From: Candidatus Cryptobacteroides sp.
GTDB lineage: Bacteria; Bacteroidota; Bacteroidia; Bacteroidales; UBA932
Direction of reading: 5' to 3'
Assembly (NCBI GenBank): GCA_045224955.1
Contig: JBGVAW010000051.1
Location: forward strand, 1-48,742
DNA: 48,742 nucleotides
Below, piece by piece: positions 38,952 to 48,742 of the stretch. A program made the position numbers and the translations under genes. The notes under the pieces are model-generated. The model was not told the origin of the DNA. It saw only the letters and a program-made list of their open reading frames with translations, and did no database searches. Each line of letters starts with the position of its first letter. The first letter of the stretch is position 1.

Positions 38952-39299
38952 ATGAGCGATAATAAAGAAGTACTTACAGCAGAAGACCTAAAGGAGTTGG
39001 CGCCGCTTTATTCCGACGTTGTGCTTGCTCTTAAGCAGGTTTACGATCCGGAAATCCCGGTTAACATCTACGACCTTGGTCTTATCTACGAGCTGCAAAT
39101 AAATAAAAAGCGCGAGGTCCACATAGAAATGACCTTCACCGCTCCCAACTGTCCTATGGCCGACGATGTGCTTAACGAAGTAAAAACCAGCGTAGAGGAC
39201 GTTCCTGGCGTAACATCGTGCCAGATAGACCTCACGTTTGAGCCGCCGTGGGACCAGAGTATGCTCTCCGAGGAAGCGCGCGTAGATCTTGGACTATGA
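38952..39299 (+). CDS. sufT: DUF59 / SufT Fe-S assembly protein
   Basis: VYDPEIPVNIYDLGLIY, MTFTAPNCP, FEPPW. Confidence 0.9.
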   Translation: MSDNKEVLTAEDLKELAPLYSDVVLALKQVYDPEIPVNIYDLGLIYELQINKKREVHIEMTFTAPNCPMADDVLNEVKTSVEDVPGVTSCQIDLTFEPPWDQSMLSEEARVDLGL

Positions 39300-39778
39300 A
39301 AACACTTTATCTGTCACTTGGATCGAATCTTGGCGACAGGCAGGCCAACATTCAGGAGGCAAAACTTACTCTTGAGTCCCTGCTTATTACGCCCGGCCAG
39401 ATGTCAGATATAATAGAAACCCCCTCCTGGGGCTTTGCCGGCGGGGATTTTCTAAACAGCGTGGTTAGATTCGACCTACCGGAAAGCGGAGTCTCCCCGG
39501 ACCTCTACCTCACCGCCCTGCTAAGGGAAATAAAGGCTATAGAAGCTAGGATGGGAAGAAAAATCGAAACCATCGGCAATCCGCCCACCGGGGCAAAAAG
39601 AGAATATAAGGACAGACCCATCGACATAGATATATTATTTTTCGATAGTTATCGGGTCGATAGTGCCCTTGTCACCGTTCCTCATCCACATATCGCAGAG
39701 CGCGATTTCGTGATGATACCGCTGCACCAGGTGGCAGGGGACAGGCTAAAGGCTGATTTTCCGGATTATTTCGTGTAA
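39296..39778 (+). CDS. folK: 2-amino-4-hydroxy-6-hydroxymethyldihydropteridine diphosphokinase
   Basis: MKTLYLSLGSNLGDR, ETPSWG, FLNSV, DRPIDIDIL, VPHP..ERDFV; ATGA overlap with sufT. Confidence 0.94.
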   Translation: MKTLYLSLGSNLGDRQANIQEAKLTLESLLITPGQMSDIIETPSWGFAGGDFLNSVVRFDLPESGVSPDLYLTALLREIKAIEARMGRKIETIGNPPTGAKREYKDRPIDIDILFFDSYRVDSALVTVPHPHIAERDFVMIPLHQVAGDRLKADFPDYFV

Positions 39779-39793
39779 ATGCGCGGAAATGAT

Positions 39794-39801
39794 TACTTTT
39801 G
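39794..39801 (+). promoter_or_regulatory. -7 promoter element of glyQS
   Basis: TACTTTTG 32 nt upstream of the ATG. Confidence 0.6.
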
Positions 39802-39833
39802 CAGGATAAAACAGAATAAACAACAAAACAGAT

Positions 39834-41372
39834 ATGACACAGGAAGAACTCTTTAAAATTCTGGTAGCACATTGCAAGGAATACGGATTTATTTTCCCTT
39901 CCAGCGAGATTTACGACGGACTCGCCGCCGTTTACGATTACGGCCAGATGGGCGTAGAACTCAAGAATAATATCAAGAGATACTGGTGGGAGGCAATGAC
40001 CCGCCTTAACGAGAACGTAGTAGGCATTGACTCCTGCGTGTTTATGCACCCTAAAACCTGGGTTGCATCCGGCCACGTAGCAGCCTTCAACGACCCTCTC
40101 ATCGACAATAAAGACTCTAAGAAGCGCTATCGCGCAGATAACCTCATAGAGGATTACCTTGGCAAGATAGAAGAAAAAATCGCCAAAGAAGTGGCTAAGG
40201 GCCGCAAGAAATTCGGTGACGCTTTCAATGAAGAGCAGTTCCTTGCCACAAACCCCAATGTGCTTCGCGAAAAAGCTAAGTACGACGAGGTACATACCCG
40301 CTACAAGGCAGCCGAGGACGCTAACGACCTTAAGGCTTACCGCGATATCATAATCGACTGCGGCATTGTATGTCCTATTTCCGGCACAGCCAACTGGACA
40401 GAAGTAAGGCAGTTCAACCTTATGTTCAGCACCCAGGGTTCCACCACAGGTAATGCCGACGATGTTCTTTACCTGCGTCCGGAGACCGCTCAGGGTATTT
40501 TTGTAGAGTACCTGAATGTTCAGAAGACCGGCAGAATGAAGATACCTTTTGGTATAGCCCAGATAGGCAAGGCCTTTAGAAATGAGATAGTTGCACGTCA
40601 GTTCATCTTCAGAATGAAGGAGTTCGAGCAGATGGAAATGGAATTCTTCTGCCGTCCCGGAACAGAGATGGAATGGTTCAAGAAGTGGAAAGAGAACCGT
40701 ATGGCTTGGCACGTAAACCTTGGAATGGGAGCAGAGAACTATCGCTTCCACGACCACGAGAAACTGGCCCACTATGCCAACGCAGCCACCGATATCGAGT
40801 TCAACTTCCCGTTTGGCTTCAAGGAGCTTGAGGGTATCCACAGCCGTACCGACTTCGACCTTGGAAACCATCAGAAGATATCCGGAAAGAAGATTCAGTA
40901 CTTCGATCCCGAGACCGGCGAGAGCTACGTTCCTTACTGCGTAGAGACTTCTATCGGCGTAGACCGTATGTTCCTTGCCGTTCTGTCACATTCCTACAAG
41001 GTAGAGGAACTTGAGGGCGGAGACAGCCGCGTAGTTCTTAGCATTCCCGCACCTCTGGCACCTGTCAAGGTTGCAGTTCTTCCTCTCGTAAAGAAGGACG
41101 GTCTGCCGGAGAAGGCACAGGAGGTTGTAAACGAACTCAAGTACGACTTTGCATATCAGTACGACGAGAAAGACTCCATCGGTAAGCGTTATCGCCGTCA
41201 GGACGCAATCGGAACCCCGTTCTGCGTAACCATCGACAACGAGACAATGAGCGACAATTGCGTTACCGTACGCGACCGCGACACTATGGAACAGACACGT
41301 GTTCCTATCGCTGAACTTCGCGAACTCATAGACCGCAAGGTCAATATGCGTAATCTGCTTAAGAATCTTTAA
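39834..41372 (+). CDS. glyQS: Glycine--tRNA ligase (homodimeric type)
   Basis: SSEIYDG..AVYDYG, FNLMF, YLRPETAQGIF, GKAFRNEI, ELEGIHSR, SIGKRYRRQDAIGTP. Confidence 0.97.
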   Translation: MTQEELFKILVAHCKEYGFIFPSSEIYDGLAAVYDYGQMGVELKNNIKRYWWEAMTRLNENVVGIDSCVFMHPKTWVASGHVAAFNDPLIDNKDSKKRYRADNLIEDYLGKIEEKIAKEVAKGRKKFGDAFNEEQFLATNPNVLREKAKYDEVHTRYKAAEDANDLKAYRDIIIDCGIVCPISGTANWTEVRQFNLMFSTQGSTTGNADDVLYLRPETAQGIFVEYLNVQKTGRMKIPFGIAQIGKAFRNEIVARQFIFRMKEFEQMEMEFFCRPGTEMEWFKKWKENRMAWHVNLGMGAENYRFHDHEKLAHYANAATDIEFNFPFGFKELEGIHSRTDFDLGNHQKISGKKIQYFDPETGESYVPYCVETSIGVDRMFLAVLSHSYKVEELEGGDSRVVLSIPAPLAPVKVAVLPLVKKDGLPEKAQEVVNELKYDFAYQYDEKDSIGKRYRRQDAIGTPFCVTIDNETMSDNCVTVRDRDTMEQTRVPIAELRELIDRKVNMRNLLKNL

Positions 41373-42143
41373 GTGAAAAGATGTATTCTACTGTATTTTG
41401 TTCTTCTGCTGTTCATTCCCTGCGGAGTGGCGGCAGAAGACTCTTTACAGGTGAATGCCGCGCAGTTAAAGCCTAGCAAGATAGTAGCTTATCAGGAAGA
41501 AGGGGAGCCTCTGTACAGGGATTTCCACGAGCTGGAGCTGCTTCTGGAGGCATCCAGGGAAAGAATGGTCCTGGTAAGGATTATCTTTGTCGCAGCCCTG
41601 GTAATAGTCGTTGTATTTTTCCAGTATCTCCGCCTCAGGGACAAGCGCCGCCGGGAGCAGGCAATAGAGGAAAACGAGCGGATAATGGCCATCGTAGAGG
41701 ACCTGAAGGCCCGTCTTTCCGACGCCCAGACGGCAGCATCGGCCCAAAAAACATCGATGATGGAGAAAATGGGCTTCAGTGTGCTGGAAAGGTTGTGTGA
41801 GCAGTACTATATCTACGAAGGCACGGACAATCTTCAACCCAAGCTGCTCAAAGAGGCCAAATCCGTGATAGAAGGCCTCAGGGCCGGCACGGACCAGCTG
41901 GAAAAGACCCTGGACGGGCAGAAGGACGGCCTGATATCCAAGTTCAAGGCACAGATTCCCAGGCTCAAGGACGATGATGTCCGTCTTTTCTGCTTTATCG
42001 TAGCGGGCTTCAACTCCACTACCATCTCTACCTTGATGGAGAAAGACAAGCAGTATATATACAATAAAATCTGGCGCCTTAAAACCCGCGTCTCGGAGTC
42101 TTCTGCGCCAGATAAAGAACTATTTCTTTCCTACTGGAATTAA
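41373..42143 (+). CDS. Membrane-anchored protein with probable C-terminal LuxR-like HTH
   Basis: Signal peptide, ~40-aa exported segment, TM (VLVRIIFVAALVIVVVFF), coiled coil, then LKDDDVRLFCFIVAGFNSTTIS...IYNKIWRLKTRV, resembling Bacteroidales TM-HTH regulators. Confidence 0.6.
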   Translation: MKRCILLYFVLLLFIPCGVAAEDSLQVNAAQLKPSKIVAYQEEGEPLYRDFHELELLLEASRERMVLVRIIFVAALVIVVVFFQYLRLRDKRRREQAIEENERIMAIVEDLKARLSDAQTAASAQKTSMMEKMGFSVLERLCEQYYIYEGTDNLQPKLLKEAKSVIEGLRAGTDQLEKTLDGQKDGLISKFKAQIPRLKDDDVRLFCFIVAGFNSTTISTLMEKDKQYIYNKIWRLKTRVSESSAPDKELFLSYWN

Positions 42144-42146
42144 TCT

Positions 42147-42938
42147 CTAAGAGAGCATCAGCGTAAGGGATATAAAGTCTTCTACGCTAAGGCGCTCCGG
42201 CCTTAATTCAAAGACCGGATTTGCGCTGAAGGCAGCCTGTGCCCCGGCGTCCCATCCTTCTTTTTCTGCTTTCTTCTGCACAAGCGGCTTAAGGGAGTTC
42301 CTGAGAGTCTTGCGCCTTTGCCCGAAGGCTGTCTTTACAACTGTCTTGAACAGGGCCTCGTCGCAGCCAAGGGAGGTGCGGGAACTGCGCCTCAGGCGTA
42401 TTACTGCGGACTGCACCTTGGGCGGGGGAGCAAAGCAGCCGGAGCCCACGGAAAAGAGGTATTCAATATCGTACCAAGCCTGAAGCAGCACGGAGAGTAT
42501 GCCGTAGGTCTTGCTGCCGGGCTTCTCTGCAATGCGCTCCGCCACCTCTTTCTGAATCATACACACAACCTCCGGAACCCTGTCCCGGTTATCCAGAATC
42601 TTAAAGAAGATCTGAGAGGAAATGTTGTAGGGGAAGTTGCCGATTATGTTAAACGAGCCGGGGAAGAACACGTTTGCGGGAACTTTGAGAAAATCAGCCT
42701 GCAGAAGTCTGCCGTGAATGGCAGGGAAGTGCGTAACAAGGTAATCTACAGACTCTCCGTCAATCTCTACCGCCTTTAGGTTGACATCTTCCCTTGTAAG
42801 AAGATATTGGGTAAGGACCCCCATTCCGGGGCCTATTTCAAGAGCGTCTCCTCCTCCCAGCGCATCTACAATTGCGCGGGCTATGCTTTGATCAGTTAAA
42901 AAATGCTGCCCCAAAGACTTTTTTGCCCGTACTTCCAT
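42147..42938 (-). CDS. rsmA: 16S rRNA m6,2A dimethyltransferase
   Basis: KKSLGQHFL, LEIGPGMG, VEID, GNFPYNIS, QKEVAER, PPPKVQS, FGQRRKTL. Confidence 0.97.
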   Translation of the reverse strand: MEVRAKKSLGQHFLTDQSIARAIVDALGGGDALEIGPGMGVLTQYLLTREDVNLKAVEIDGESVDYLVTHFPAIHGRLLQADFLKVPANVFFPGSFNIIGNFPYNISSQIFFKILDNRDRVPEVVCMIQKEVAERIAEKPGSKTYGILSVLLQAWYDIEYLFSVGSGCFAPPPKVQSAVIRLRRSSRTSLGCDEALFKTVVKTAFGQRRKTLRNSLKPLVQKKAEKEGWDAGAQAAFSANPVFELRPERLSVEDFISLTLMLS

Positions 42939-42995
42939 ACTTATAATCCATAAAATATAATCGGGGATAAATGTACAATTTTATTTTCAATTTAT

Positions 42996-43003
42996 TAAAT
43001 TTG
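42996..43003 (+). promoter_or_regulatory. -7 promoter element of aspS
   Basis: TAAATTTG 25 nt upstream of the ATG. Confidence 0.6.
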
Positions 43004-43028
43004 CGGGTCAGAAAACAATATTCGCAAA

Positions 43029-44795
43029 ATGTACAGAACACACACTTGCGGGGAACTCCGCATAGAACACGTAGGAAAGACCGTCACTCTTGCAGGATGG
43101 GTTCAGAAATCTCGCAAACTTGGAGGAATGACCTTCATAGACCTTAGAGACCGTTACGGCATTACACAGTTGGTAGTAGAGGCAGATGCTCCCGCCGCCC
43201 TTGTAGAGACGGCAACGGCTCTTGGAAGAGAGTTCGTAATCCAGGTAAAAGGAACGGTTCTGGAGCGTGAGTCCAAGAATTCCAAGATGCCTACGGGCGA
43301 TATAGAAATAAAAGTAGAGGAAATCAACATCCTTAACAAGGCCGTAACCCCTCCATTCACTATAGAAGACAACAGCGACGGCGGCGACGACCTTAGAATG
43401 AAATATCGTTACCTGGACCTCAGGCGTAACCCTCTGCGCGATGCGCTTATGCTCAGGCACCGCATTGCCCACGAGGTACGCAATTACCTTGACGGCCAGG
43501 GCTTTATGGAGATAGAAACCCCTTATCTCATTAAGTCTACCCCCGAGGGCGCAAGGGACTTCGTGGTTCCTTCACGAATGAACCCCGGCCAGTTCTACGC
43601 CCTGCCCCAGAGTCCCCAGACCTTCAAGCAGCTGCTTATGGTTGCCGGTTATGACCGATACTTCCAGATTGTACGCTGCTTCCGCGACGAGGACCTTCGT
43701 GCAGACCGTCAGCCGGAGTTCACCCAGATAGACTGCGAGATGAGCTTCGTAGAGCAGGAGGACGTTCTCAACACCTTCGAGGGTATGATGAGAACCCTGT
43801 TCAAGAATGTACTCGACGTAACTATCGCCAACCCCATACCTCGTATGAGCTGGCAGGTGGCAATGGATAAATATGGCAGCGACAAGCCCGATATCCGCTA
43901 TGGAATGACAATCCACGAACTCACGGACTTTGCAAAGGGCAAGGGCTTCTCTGTTTTGGACGATGCCGCCTACATTGGCGCCATCAGCGTTCCCGGTGCG
44001 GCAGACTATACCCGCAAGCAGATAGACGAGCTTACCGAATGGGTTAAACGTCCTCAGGTGGGCGCCAAGGGCCTTATCTACATCAAGGTAAACGAGGACG
44101 GAACTTACAAGTCATCAATAGACAAGTTCTACGCTCCGGAGGATCTTGAAAAACTTGCCGCAGCCGCAGAGGCTTCCAAGGGAGACCTTATCCTTGTGAT
44201 GTCCGGTAACAATCGTACCAAGGTACAGACAATGCTTGGCGTTCTGCGTATAGAGATGGGCAACCGTCTTGGGCTGAGGGACCCAAAGGTATTCGCTCCT
44301 CTTTGGATTGTGGACTTCCCTCTGCTGGAGTGGGACGACGAAACCCAGCGTTTCTATGCAATGCATCATCCCTTCACCGCTCCCAAGCCGGAGCACGAGA
44401 AGTGGTTCTACAGCGATAAGAAAGAAGACCTTGAGAGGGTTTGTGCAAATGCTTACGACTTTGTGCTTAACGGCACAGAGCTTGGCGGCGGAAGTATCCG
44501 AATCCACAATGCAGATATGCAGAAGCGTATGTTCGAGGTACTTGGTATCGGGCCCGAGGATGCAGAATACAAGTTTGGCTTTATCATCAACGCCTTCAAG
44601 TTCGGAGCCCCGCCTCACGGTGGTCTGGCCTTCGGCTTCGACAGGGTTTGCGCCCTGTTCGGCGGCAGCGATTCTATCCGCGATTACATTGCCTTCCCTA
44701 AGAACAACCAGGGTAGGGACGTGATGATAGATTCTCCTTCTCTCATAGACAAGGAGCAGATGGATGAGTTGCAGATAGCATCAACCGTAAAATAG
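43029..44795 (+). CDS. aspS: Aspartate--tRNA ligase
   Basis: [59 protein letters not shown]. Confidence 0.98.
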   Translation: MYRTHTCGELRIEHVGKTVTLAGWVQKSRKLGGMTFIDLRDRYGITQLVVEADAPAALVETATALGREFVIQVKGTVLERESKNSKMPTGDIEIKVEEINILNKAVTPPFTIEDNSDGGDDLRMKYRYLDLRRNPLRDALMLRHRIAHEVRNYLDGQGFMEIETPYLIKSTPEGARDFVVPSRMNPGQFYALPQSPQTFKQLLMVAGYDRYFQIVRCFRDEDLRADRQPEFTQIDCEMSFVEQEDVLNTFEGMMRTLFKNVLDVTIANPIPRMSWQVAMDKYGSDKPDIRYGMTIHELTDFAKGKGFSVLDDAAYIGAISVPGAADYTRKQIDELTEWVKRPQVGAKGLIYIKVNEDGTYKSSIDKFYAPEDLEKLAAAAEASKGDLILVMSGNNRTKVQTMLGVLRIEMGNRLGLRDPKVFAPLWIVDFPLLEWDDETQRFYAMHHPFTAPKPEHEKWFYSDKKEDLERVCANAYDFVLNGTELGGGSIRIHNADMQKRMFEVLGIGPEDAEYKFGFIINAFKFGAPPHGGLAFGFDRVCALFGGSDSIRDYIAFPKNNQGRDVMIDSPSLIDKEQMDELQIASTVK

Positions 44796-44799
44796 GAAA

Positions 44800-45897
44800 C
44801 TATCGGTATTTCTCGTAATCCGATAATCCAATAGATGAGGTGAGGTCGTTATAGGCCTCACTTTCTTTTGGACAGATGAGCAGGACATCGTCTGTGTCTA
44901 TTACCACGTAGTCCTTCAGCCCGCGTATAGCCACAAGTTTTTCTTTGTTGCTGGTAAGGAAGAGACTGTTGTCGTTGTCCTTAAGGATTTTATGGACAGC
45001 GTTGCAGAAAATCCCTTCGCTGTCTTTGCCGGAGACGTTATTGTAAATTACCTCCCAGCTGTCCACGTCTGTCCACTTGAAACTTACGGGGTATATCCAC
45101 GCCCTGGAGGTCTTTTCCATAACTCCGTAATCTATGGATAGTTTGGGGCTGTCAGAGTAAACCTTCTGTATGAATACGTTTTCTGATGGTGTGCCAAGGT
45201 TATCTTCCCAGCCTGCAAACAGAGAGGTTATCTCCGGCATATAGGCCTCACACTCCTCGCGGAGCACAGAGGCTTTGGCAATGAAAATACCGCTGTTCCA
45301 GAAAAACTCTCCGCTGCGTACAAAAGCCTCGGCCACAGGAAGTTCGGGCTTCTCTGTAAAGGTTTTTACCGGCACGGGAACGTGGGAGTTGCGTGCGGCC
45401 TTTCCTCCCATTGCCTGTATGTAACCGTAGTTGGTGTCCGGACGGGAAGGGATAACTCCCAAAACCATAAGAGCGTCTCTTTTGGACGATTCTACCATAG
45501 CCTTTTCCAGGGTAGAACAGAAGAGGGCGGTCTCTTTTATTATGTGGTCTACCGTAATCATTGCAATTACGGCATTGGGGTTCCTTTTAAGAATGGTGTA
45601 GGTGGAATATACTGTACAGGGTGCGGTGTGGCGGCCTACGGGTTCCAGAAGAATGTTTGTTGAGGGAATTTCCGGAATGGCCTCGCGAACGCGGTCCTGG
45701 AATTTTTCAAGAGTGATAACAAGAACATTTTCTGCCGGCACTACCTGAAGGCATTGTTCATAGGCCATTCTAACCATAGATTTCTCTATTGTGCTAAACG
45801 GAATGAACTGTTTGGGCTTGTCTTCCCGGCTCCAGGGCCACAACTTGTCGCCGAAGCCACCGGCCATAAGCACGCAGTAGAAATTTTTGTCAAGCAT
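44800..45897 (-). CDS. manC: Mannose-1-phosphate guanylyltransferase
   Basis: MAGGFG..LWP.SR..KPKQF, LLEPVGRHTAP, YGYI, FTEKP, FWNSGIF, SIDYGVMEK, VVIDTDDVLLIC. Confidence 0.88.
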   Translation of the reverse strand: MLDKNFYCVLMAGGFGDKLWPWSREDKPKQFIPFSTIEKSMVRMAYEQCLQVVPAENVLVITLEKFQDRVREAIPEIPSTNILLEPVGRHTAPCTVYSTYTILKRNPNAVIAMITVDHIIKETALFCSTLEKAMVESSKRDALMVLGVIPSRPDTNYGYIQAMGGKAARNSHVPVPVKTFTEKPELPVAEAFVRSGEFFWNSGIFIAKASVLREECEAYMPEITSLFAGWEDNLGTPSENVFIQKVYSDSPKLSIDYGVMEKTSRAWIYPVSFKWTDVDSWEVIYNNVSGKDSEGIFCNAVHKILKDNDNSLFLTSNKEKLVAIRGLKDYVVIDTDDVLLICPKESEAYNDLTSSIGLSDYEKYR

Positions 45898-45907
45898 AAG
45901 ATCTCTT

Positions 45908-46282
45908 CTAATACATTATTGGTATGAACGCGTTTGGAATGTACTCTATCTGTGCGGAGTCTTCTTCCAAATAAACGGAGGCAACATCAAAAAAAGCCTC
46001 TACCTGTCCAATATTCCGTCCTTTTGTACCCAGAAAGCGAAGCGCGGCCTTGGTAAGATTCTTTTGCTTTGCAGCATCCACGCTTTCCAGGGGAGAGAAA
46101 GGGCTGCCCTGTTGCCGGGTCTTTACCTCTACAAAATGTAAGCCGAAACTATCTAAAGTAATGAGATCTATCTCTAAATGTCCGCTTCTCCAGTTTTTTT
46201 CTACGATGGTATGCCCTTTTTTCATAAGATATTGGGCAACAGCATCTTCTCCTCTCCTTCCTTTCTCTATATTCCCGCTCAT
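45908..46282 (-). CDS. yraN: YraN family (UPF0102) endonuclease-like protein
   Basis: GRRGED..AQYL, NWRSGHLEIDLI, FVEVKTR, FDV, IPNAF. Confidence 0.92.
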   Translation of the reverse strand: MSGNIEKGRRGEDAVAQYLMKKGHTIVEKNWRSGHLEIDLITLDSFGLHFVEVKTRQQGSPFSPLESVDAAKQKNLTKAALRFLGTKGRNIGQVEAFFDVASVYLEEDSAQIEYIPNAFIPIMY

Positions 46283-48742
46283 TATACAAACTTCACAACC
46301 GTTACTCCGCTTCCGCCCTGTTGTATATGCTCATCCTTCACCTCGGCTACTCCGTTCATTGTCTTAAGCAGTTTCTGAATCTCCTGGTGAAGCACTCCCG
46401 TGCCCTTGCCGTGGACTATGCGCACGGAACTCATATCCAACATCATTGCATCATCGATGAACATTATTACCTTCTCCAGCGCATCCTGAAGCCTTTCGCC
46501 CCTGACGTCCAGCTCAGGCTTAAAGTTAAGTTTGCGCTCCATTATCATAGGGTCCTGTCTCTGGAGTGGTCTTGCCGCCGAAACCTGGCTCTTTGTAGCT
46601 GCCTTGAACTCGTTGGAGGATATTCGCTCCAGCTTGTCCGGAGACAGTTTGGTGGTTATGTTGCCCACTATTACGGTAACGGCCTTTCCCGATACCTTTG
46701 AAACCTCTCCAACCATTCCGTTGGACAAAAGTCTAACCTTTTCTCCCACCATAAGGGGGCCGCTCCTCTGAATTGTCTCCTGAACCGGGGCGGGGGCCTC
46801 TTCCTGTTTGCGCTGCCTGCCGCCGTTCCTTGCAGCCTTGCGGGCATTGCGGTCTTCCAGGCGGCGAAGTTTTTCCTCTATGTAATTATCGTGGTTGTTC
46901 TGCTCGGCCTCTTTCTGCCTTCCAAGGGCGGCCATAAAGCCCTGAAGCTGCGAGCGAGCCTCTTTAGTGCGCTCTTTCTCTGCCTGGGCCTCCTTTATTG
47001 TACGGATGGTGTTTTCTACCTCTTTGTTGGCTCCCTTTACAATATCCTCAGCCTCTTTCTTGGCCTGGTCAAGAATATCCTTTTTCTTCTTCTTTATTTC
47101 CTCCAGTTCCTTCTGGTAGCGGTCGGTAATATTCTCAAGAGCCTTGTCGGTATGGCGGATTCTTTCCAGCTTCTCGTCCAAAGCCCTTCTGTTGCGCACA
47201 ATTTTGCGCAGGTTTCTCTCCATGCCAACATACTCCTCGCCGGCCCTCTCCTCTGCGTCCTTCACTATGGGCTCCGGAAGTCCCATCTTCCTGGCCAACT
47301 CAAAGGCAAAGGAATTGCCGGGGAGCCCCATCTCCAGGGCAAAGAGAGGAACGATGTTCTTGGCATCGAACTGCATTGCCCCGTTCACTACGCCAACCCC
47401 CTCGCGGGAGGCATAGAGTTTAAGATTTGTATAGTGGGTGGTGATAACGCCGTAAACCCCGCGTTTATCCAGTTCATTAAGTATGGCCTCTGCAATGGCT
47501 CCGCCTGCGGCCGGTTCCGTGCCGGAGCCAAACTCATCTATGAGCACAAGCGTTTTACCATCGGCCTTGGCCAACATATCCTTCATTGAGGTAAGGAAGG
47601 CGCTATAGGTACTAAGGTCGCTTTCCAGAGATTGCCCGTCGCCGATATCTACCATTATCCTGTCAAAGACAGGCAGTTCGGAGGTCTCCGACGTAGGGAT
47701 AAGCATTCCCCACTGGAACATATATTGAAGCAGTCCCACGGTCTTAAGGCAGACAGACTTACCCCCGGCATTGGGCCCGGAAATAAGCAGAATGTGCTTG
47801 TCCTTGGTAAGGCTGGCCGTAAGCGGCACAATGGGCTTTCCCTCTTTCTTGAGCGATTTTTCCAGAAGCGGATGCCTTGCCTTGCGCAGATGCAGCTGCC
47901 CGTCCTGAGAGATGACCGGCATTCCGGCGATGTACTGCAAGGCCACCTGGGCCTTTGCCATAATGAAGTCCAGCTCTCCTACGCAAATGGCTCCCTTGAT
48001 GAGTTCCGGTACATAAGGACGCAGAAAATCGCTGAAGGCGGCCAGGATTTTTGCAATCTCCCTTTGCTCCTGGAGACGCAATTCTACAATCTCGTTTTCC
48101 AGGGCCACAACCTCCGCCGGCTCTATGTAGGTAGTTTTTCCCGTTGCAGACTCATCGTACACAAACCCGGGAAGTCCCCTTTTTCCGGAGGAATTAACAG
48201 GAATAAGAAGTTTCCCGTCCCTGATGGTGACGGCGGCATCCTCTGCGGCTATACCGTCGGCCTGGGCCTTTTTCAGGATGGCCGATGCTTTCTTTGACAG
48301 GCTGCCTTCCTTTTCCTTAAGGCTCTCACGTATTTTAAGAAGATCGTCCGACGCCGTATCTTTTACATTTCCGAACTTGTCTATTATGCGGTCTATCCTG
48401 CGCTGAACCTCCGGGAAATAGCTTACCTTTGAGACAAAGCGCTTAAGGTTAGGGTAAACCCCGTCTTTGACGGAACCAAAGAAGGCTGTAATTTTGCGCA
48501 GAGTCTCCGTCATCGTGCGCAGCTTCCCAAGGGAGAAGAGGTCTATTACGGCATTCTCGTTCTCAAGGTGCTTCAGGAAGTCAAGGCAGTCTATGTATCC
48601 GGAAGAAGGGAAGGACTCCTCGAACATAACGATAAGGCGCATCTCGTCTGTCAGAAGAAGCCTTTTGCGGATTTCTTTTTCCGATGTGGAGAACTCCTCC
48701 GCTCCGGCCCTGGCTGCGCCATACTCTGTGCTGCAGCAGTCA
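46282..48742 (-). CDS. mutS2: Endonuclease MutS2 with Smr domain; start lies beyond the window
   Basis: DESATGKT, ARHPLL, ISGPNAGGKS, LSTYS, DEFGSGTEP, TTHY, LDVRG, IVHGKGTG, GGSGVT. The frame stays open from 48642 to the window end. Confidence 0.95.
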   Translation of the reverse strand, partial: DCCSTEYGAARAGAEEFSTSEKEIRKRLLLTDEMRLIVMFEESFPSSGYIDCLDFLKHLENENAVIDLFSLGKLRTMTETLRKITAFFGSVKDGVYPNLKRFVSKVSYFPEVQRRIDRIIDKFGNVKDTASDDLLKIRESLKEKEGSLSKKASAILKKAQADGIAAEDAAVTIRDGKLLIPVNSSGKRGLPGFVYDESATGKTTYIEPAEVVALENEIVELRLQEQREIAKILAAFSDFLRPYVPELIKGAICVGELDFIMAKAQVALQYIAGMPVISQDGQLHLRKARHPLLEKSLKKEGKPIVPLTASLTKDKHILLISGPNAGGKSVCLKTVGLLQYMFQWGMLIPTSETSELPVFDRIMVDIGDGQSLESDLSTYSAFLTSMKDMLAKADGKTLVLIDEFGSGTEPAAGGAIAEAILNELDKRGVYGVITTHYTNLKLYASREGVGVVNGAMQFDAKNIVPLFALEMGLPGNSFAFELARKMGLPEPIVKDAEERAGEEYVGMERNLRKIVRNRRALDEKLERIRHTDKALENITDRYQKELEEIKKKKKDILDQAKKEAEDIVKGANKEVENTIRTIKEAQAEKERTKEARSQLQGFMAALGRQKEAEQNNHDNYIEEKLRRLEDRNARKAARNGGRQRKQEEAPAPVQETIQRSGPLMVGEKVRLLSNGMVGEVSKVSGKAVTVIVGNITTKLSPDKLERISSNEFKAATKSQVSAARPLQRQDPMIMERKLNFKPELDVRGERLQDALEKVIMFIDDAMMLDMSSVRIVHGKGTGVLHQEIQKLLKTMNGVAEVKDEHIQQGGSGVTVVKFV

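Noticed and set aside
39672-40871. 399-aa antisense ORF opposite glyQS (similar ones opposite sdhA 30406-31269, galK 15509-16273, TPR 20850-21605, mutS 2851-3564, mutS2 46891-48297)
   Set aside because: Shadow ORFs lying antisense to well-supported genes; no recognisable motifs; expected from codon bias that leaves few antisense stops.
1-48742. Frequent CTTAAG palindromes
   Set aside because: Explained by the preferred CTT-AAG (Leu-Lys) codon pair; no spacing pattern seen.
45908-48742. mutS2-yraN, with the EEP nuclease and Rpn gene, as a defence island
   Set aside because: mutS2 and yraN are widespread housekeeping genes, and the nucleases are scattered over 48 kb rather than clustered.
1-48742. 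rRNA, tRNA, riboswitch or T-box elements upstream of glyQS/aspS
   Set aside because: Spacers are too short (mostly under 100 bp), and I recognised no cloverleaf or conserved riboswitch motifs by eye.

Overview
Core-chromosome segment of a Bacteroidales bacterium, judged from the TAnnTTTG promoters, Bacteroidota-type gene clusters and the single-chain glycyl-tRNA synthetase. About 40 tightly packed, mostly housekeeping genes, including folA, mutS, thyA, galM, ychF, galK, the coaX-OMP-TPR-lptC-ppiD cluster, mfd, ruvB, sdhAB/frdAB, hflX, tonB, ybeY, mnmG, ruvA, sufS-sufE-sufT-folK, glyQS, rsmA, aspS, manC, yraN and mutS2. A truncated Rpn/PD-(D/E)XK nuclease gene sits at the left edge. The most informative signals are non-genic. 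(i) A probable replication origin lies in the AT-rich mfd/ruvB spacer (26928-27216): phased DnaA-box-like 9-mers plus a tandem-box/trio-like unwinding module, with no dnaA in the window. (ii) Two parS palindromes are embedded in the mnmG and sufS coding sequences, both read as VPRGT. (iii) Spot counts suggest a GC trough in core genes across the oriC-parS interval. I found no CRISPR, prophage, rRNA or tRNA, and no clearly novel multi-gene system can be established from the sequence alone. The best uncharacterised candidates are the 1016-aa HExxH protease/propeller/barrel protein, the GT4-YfhO pair and a secreted Ntn-hydrolase sitting where sdhC normally lies.
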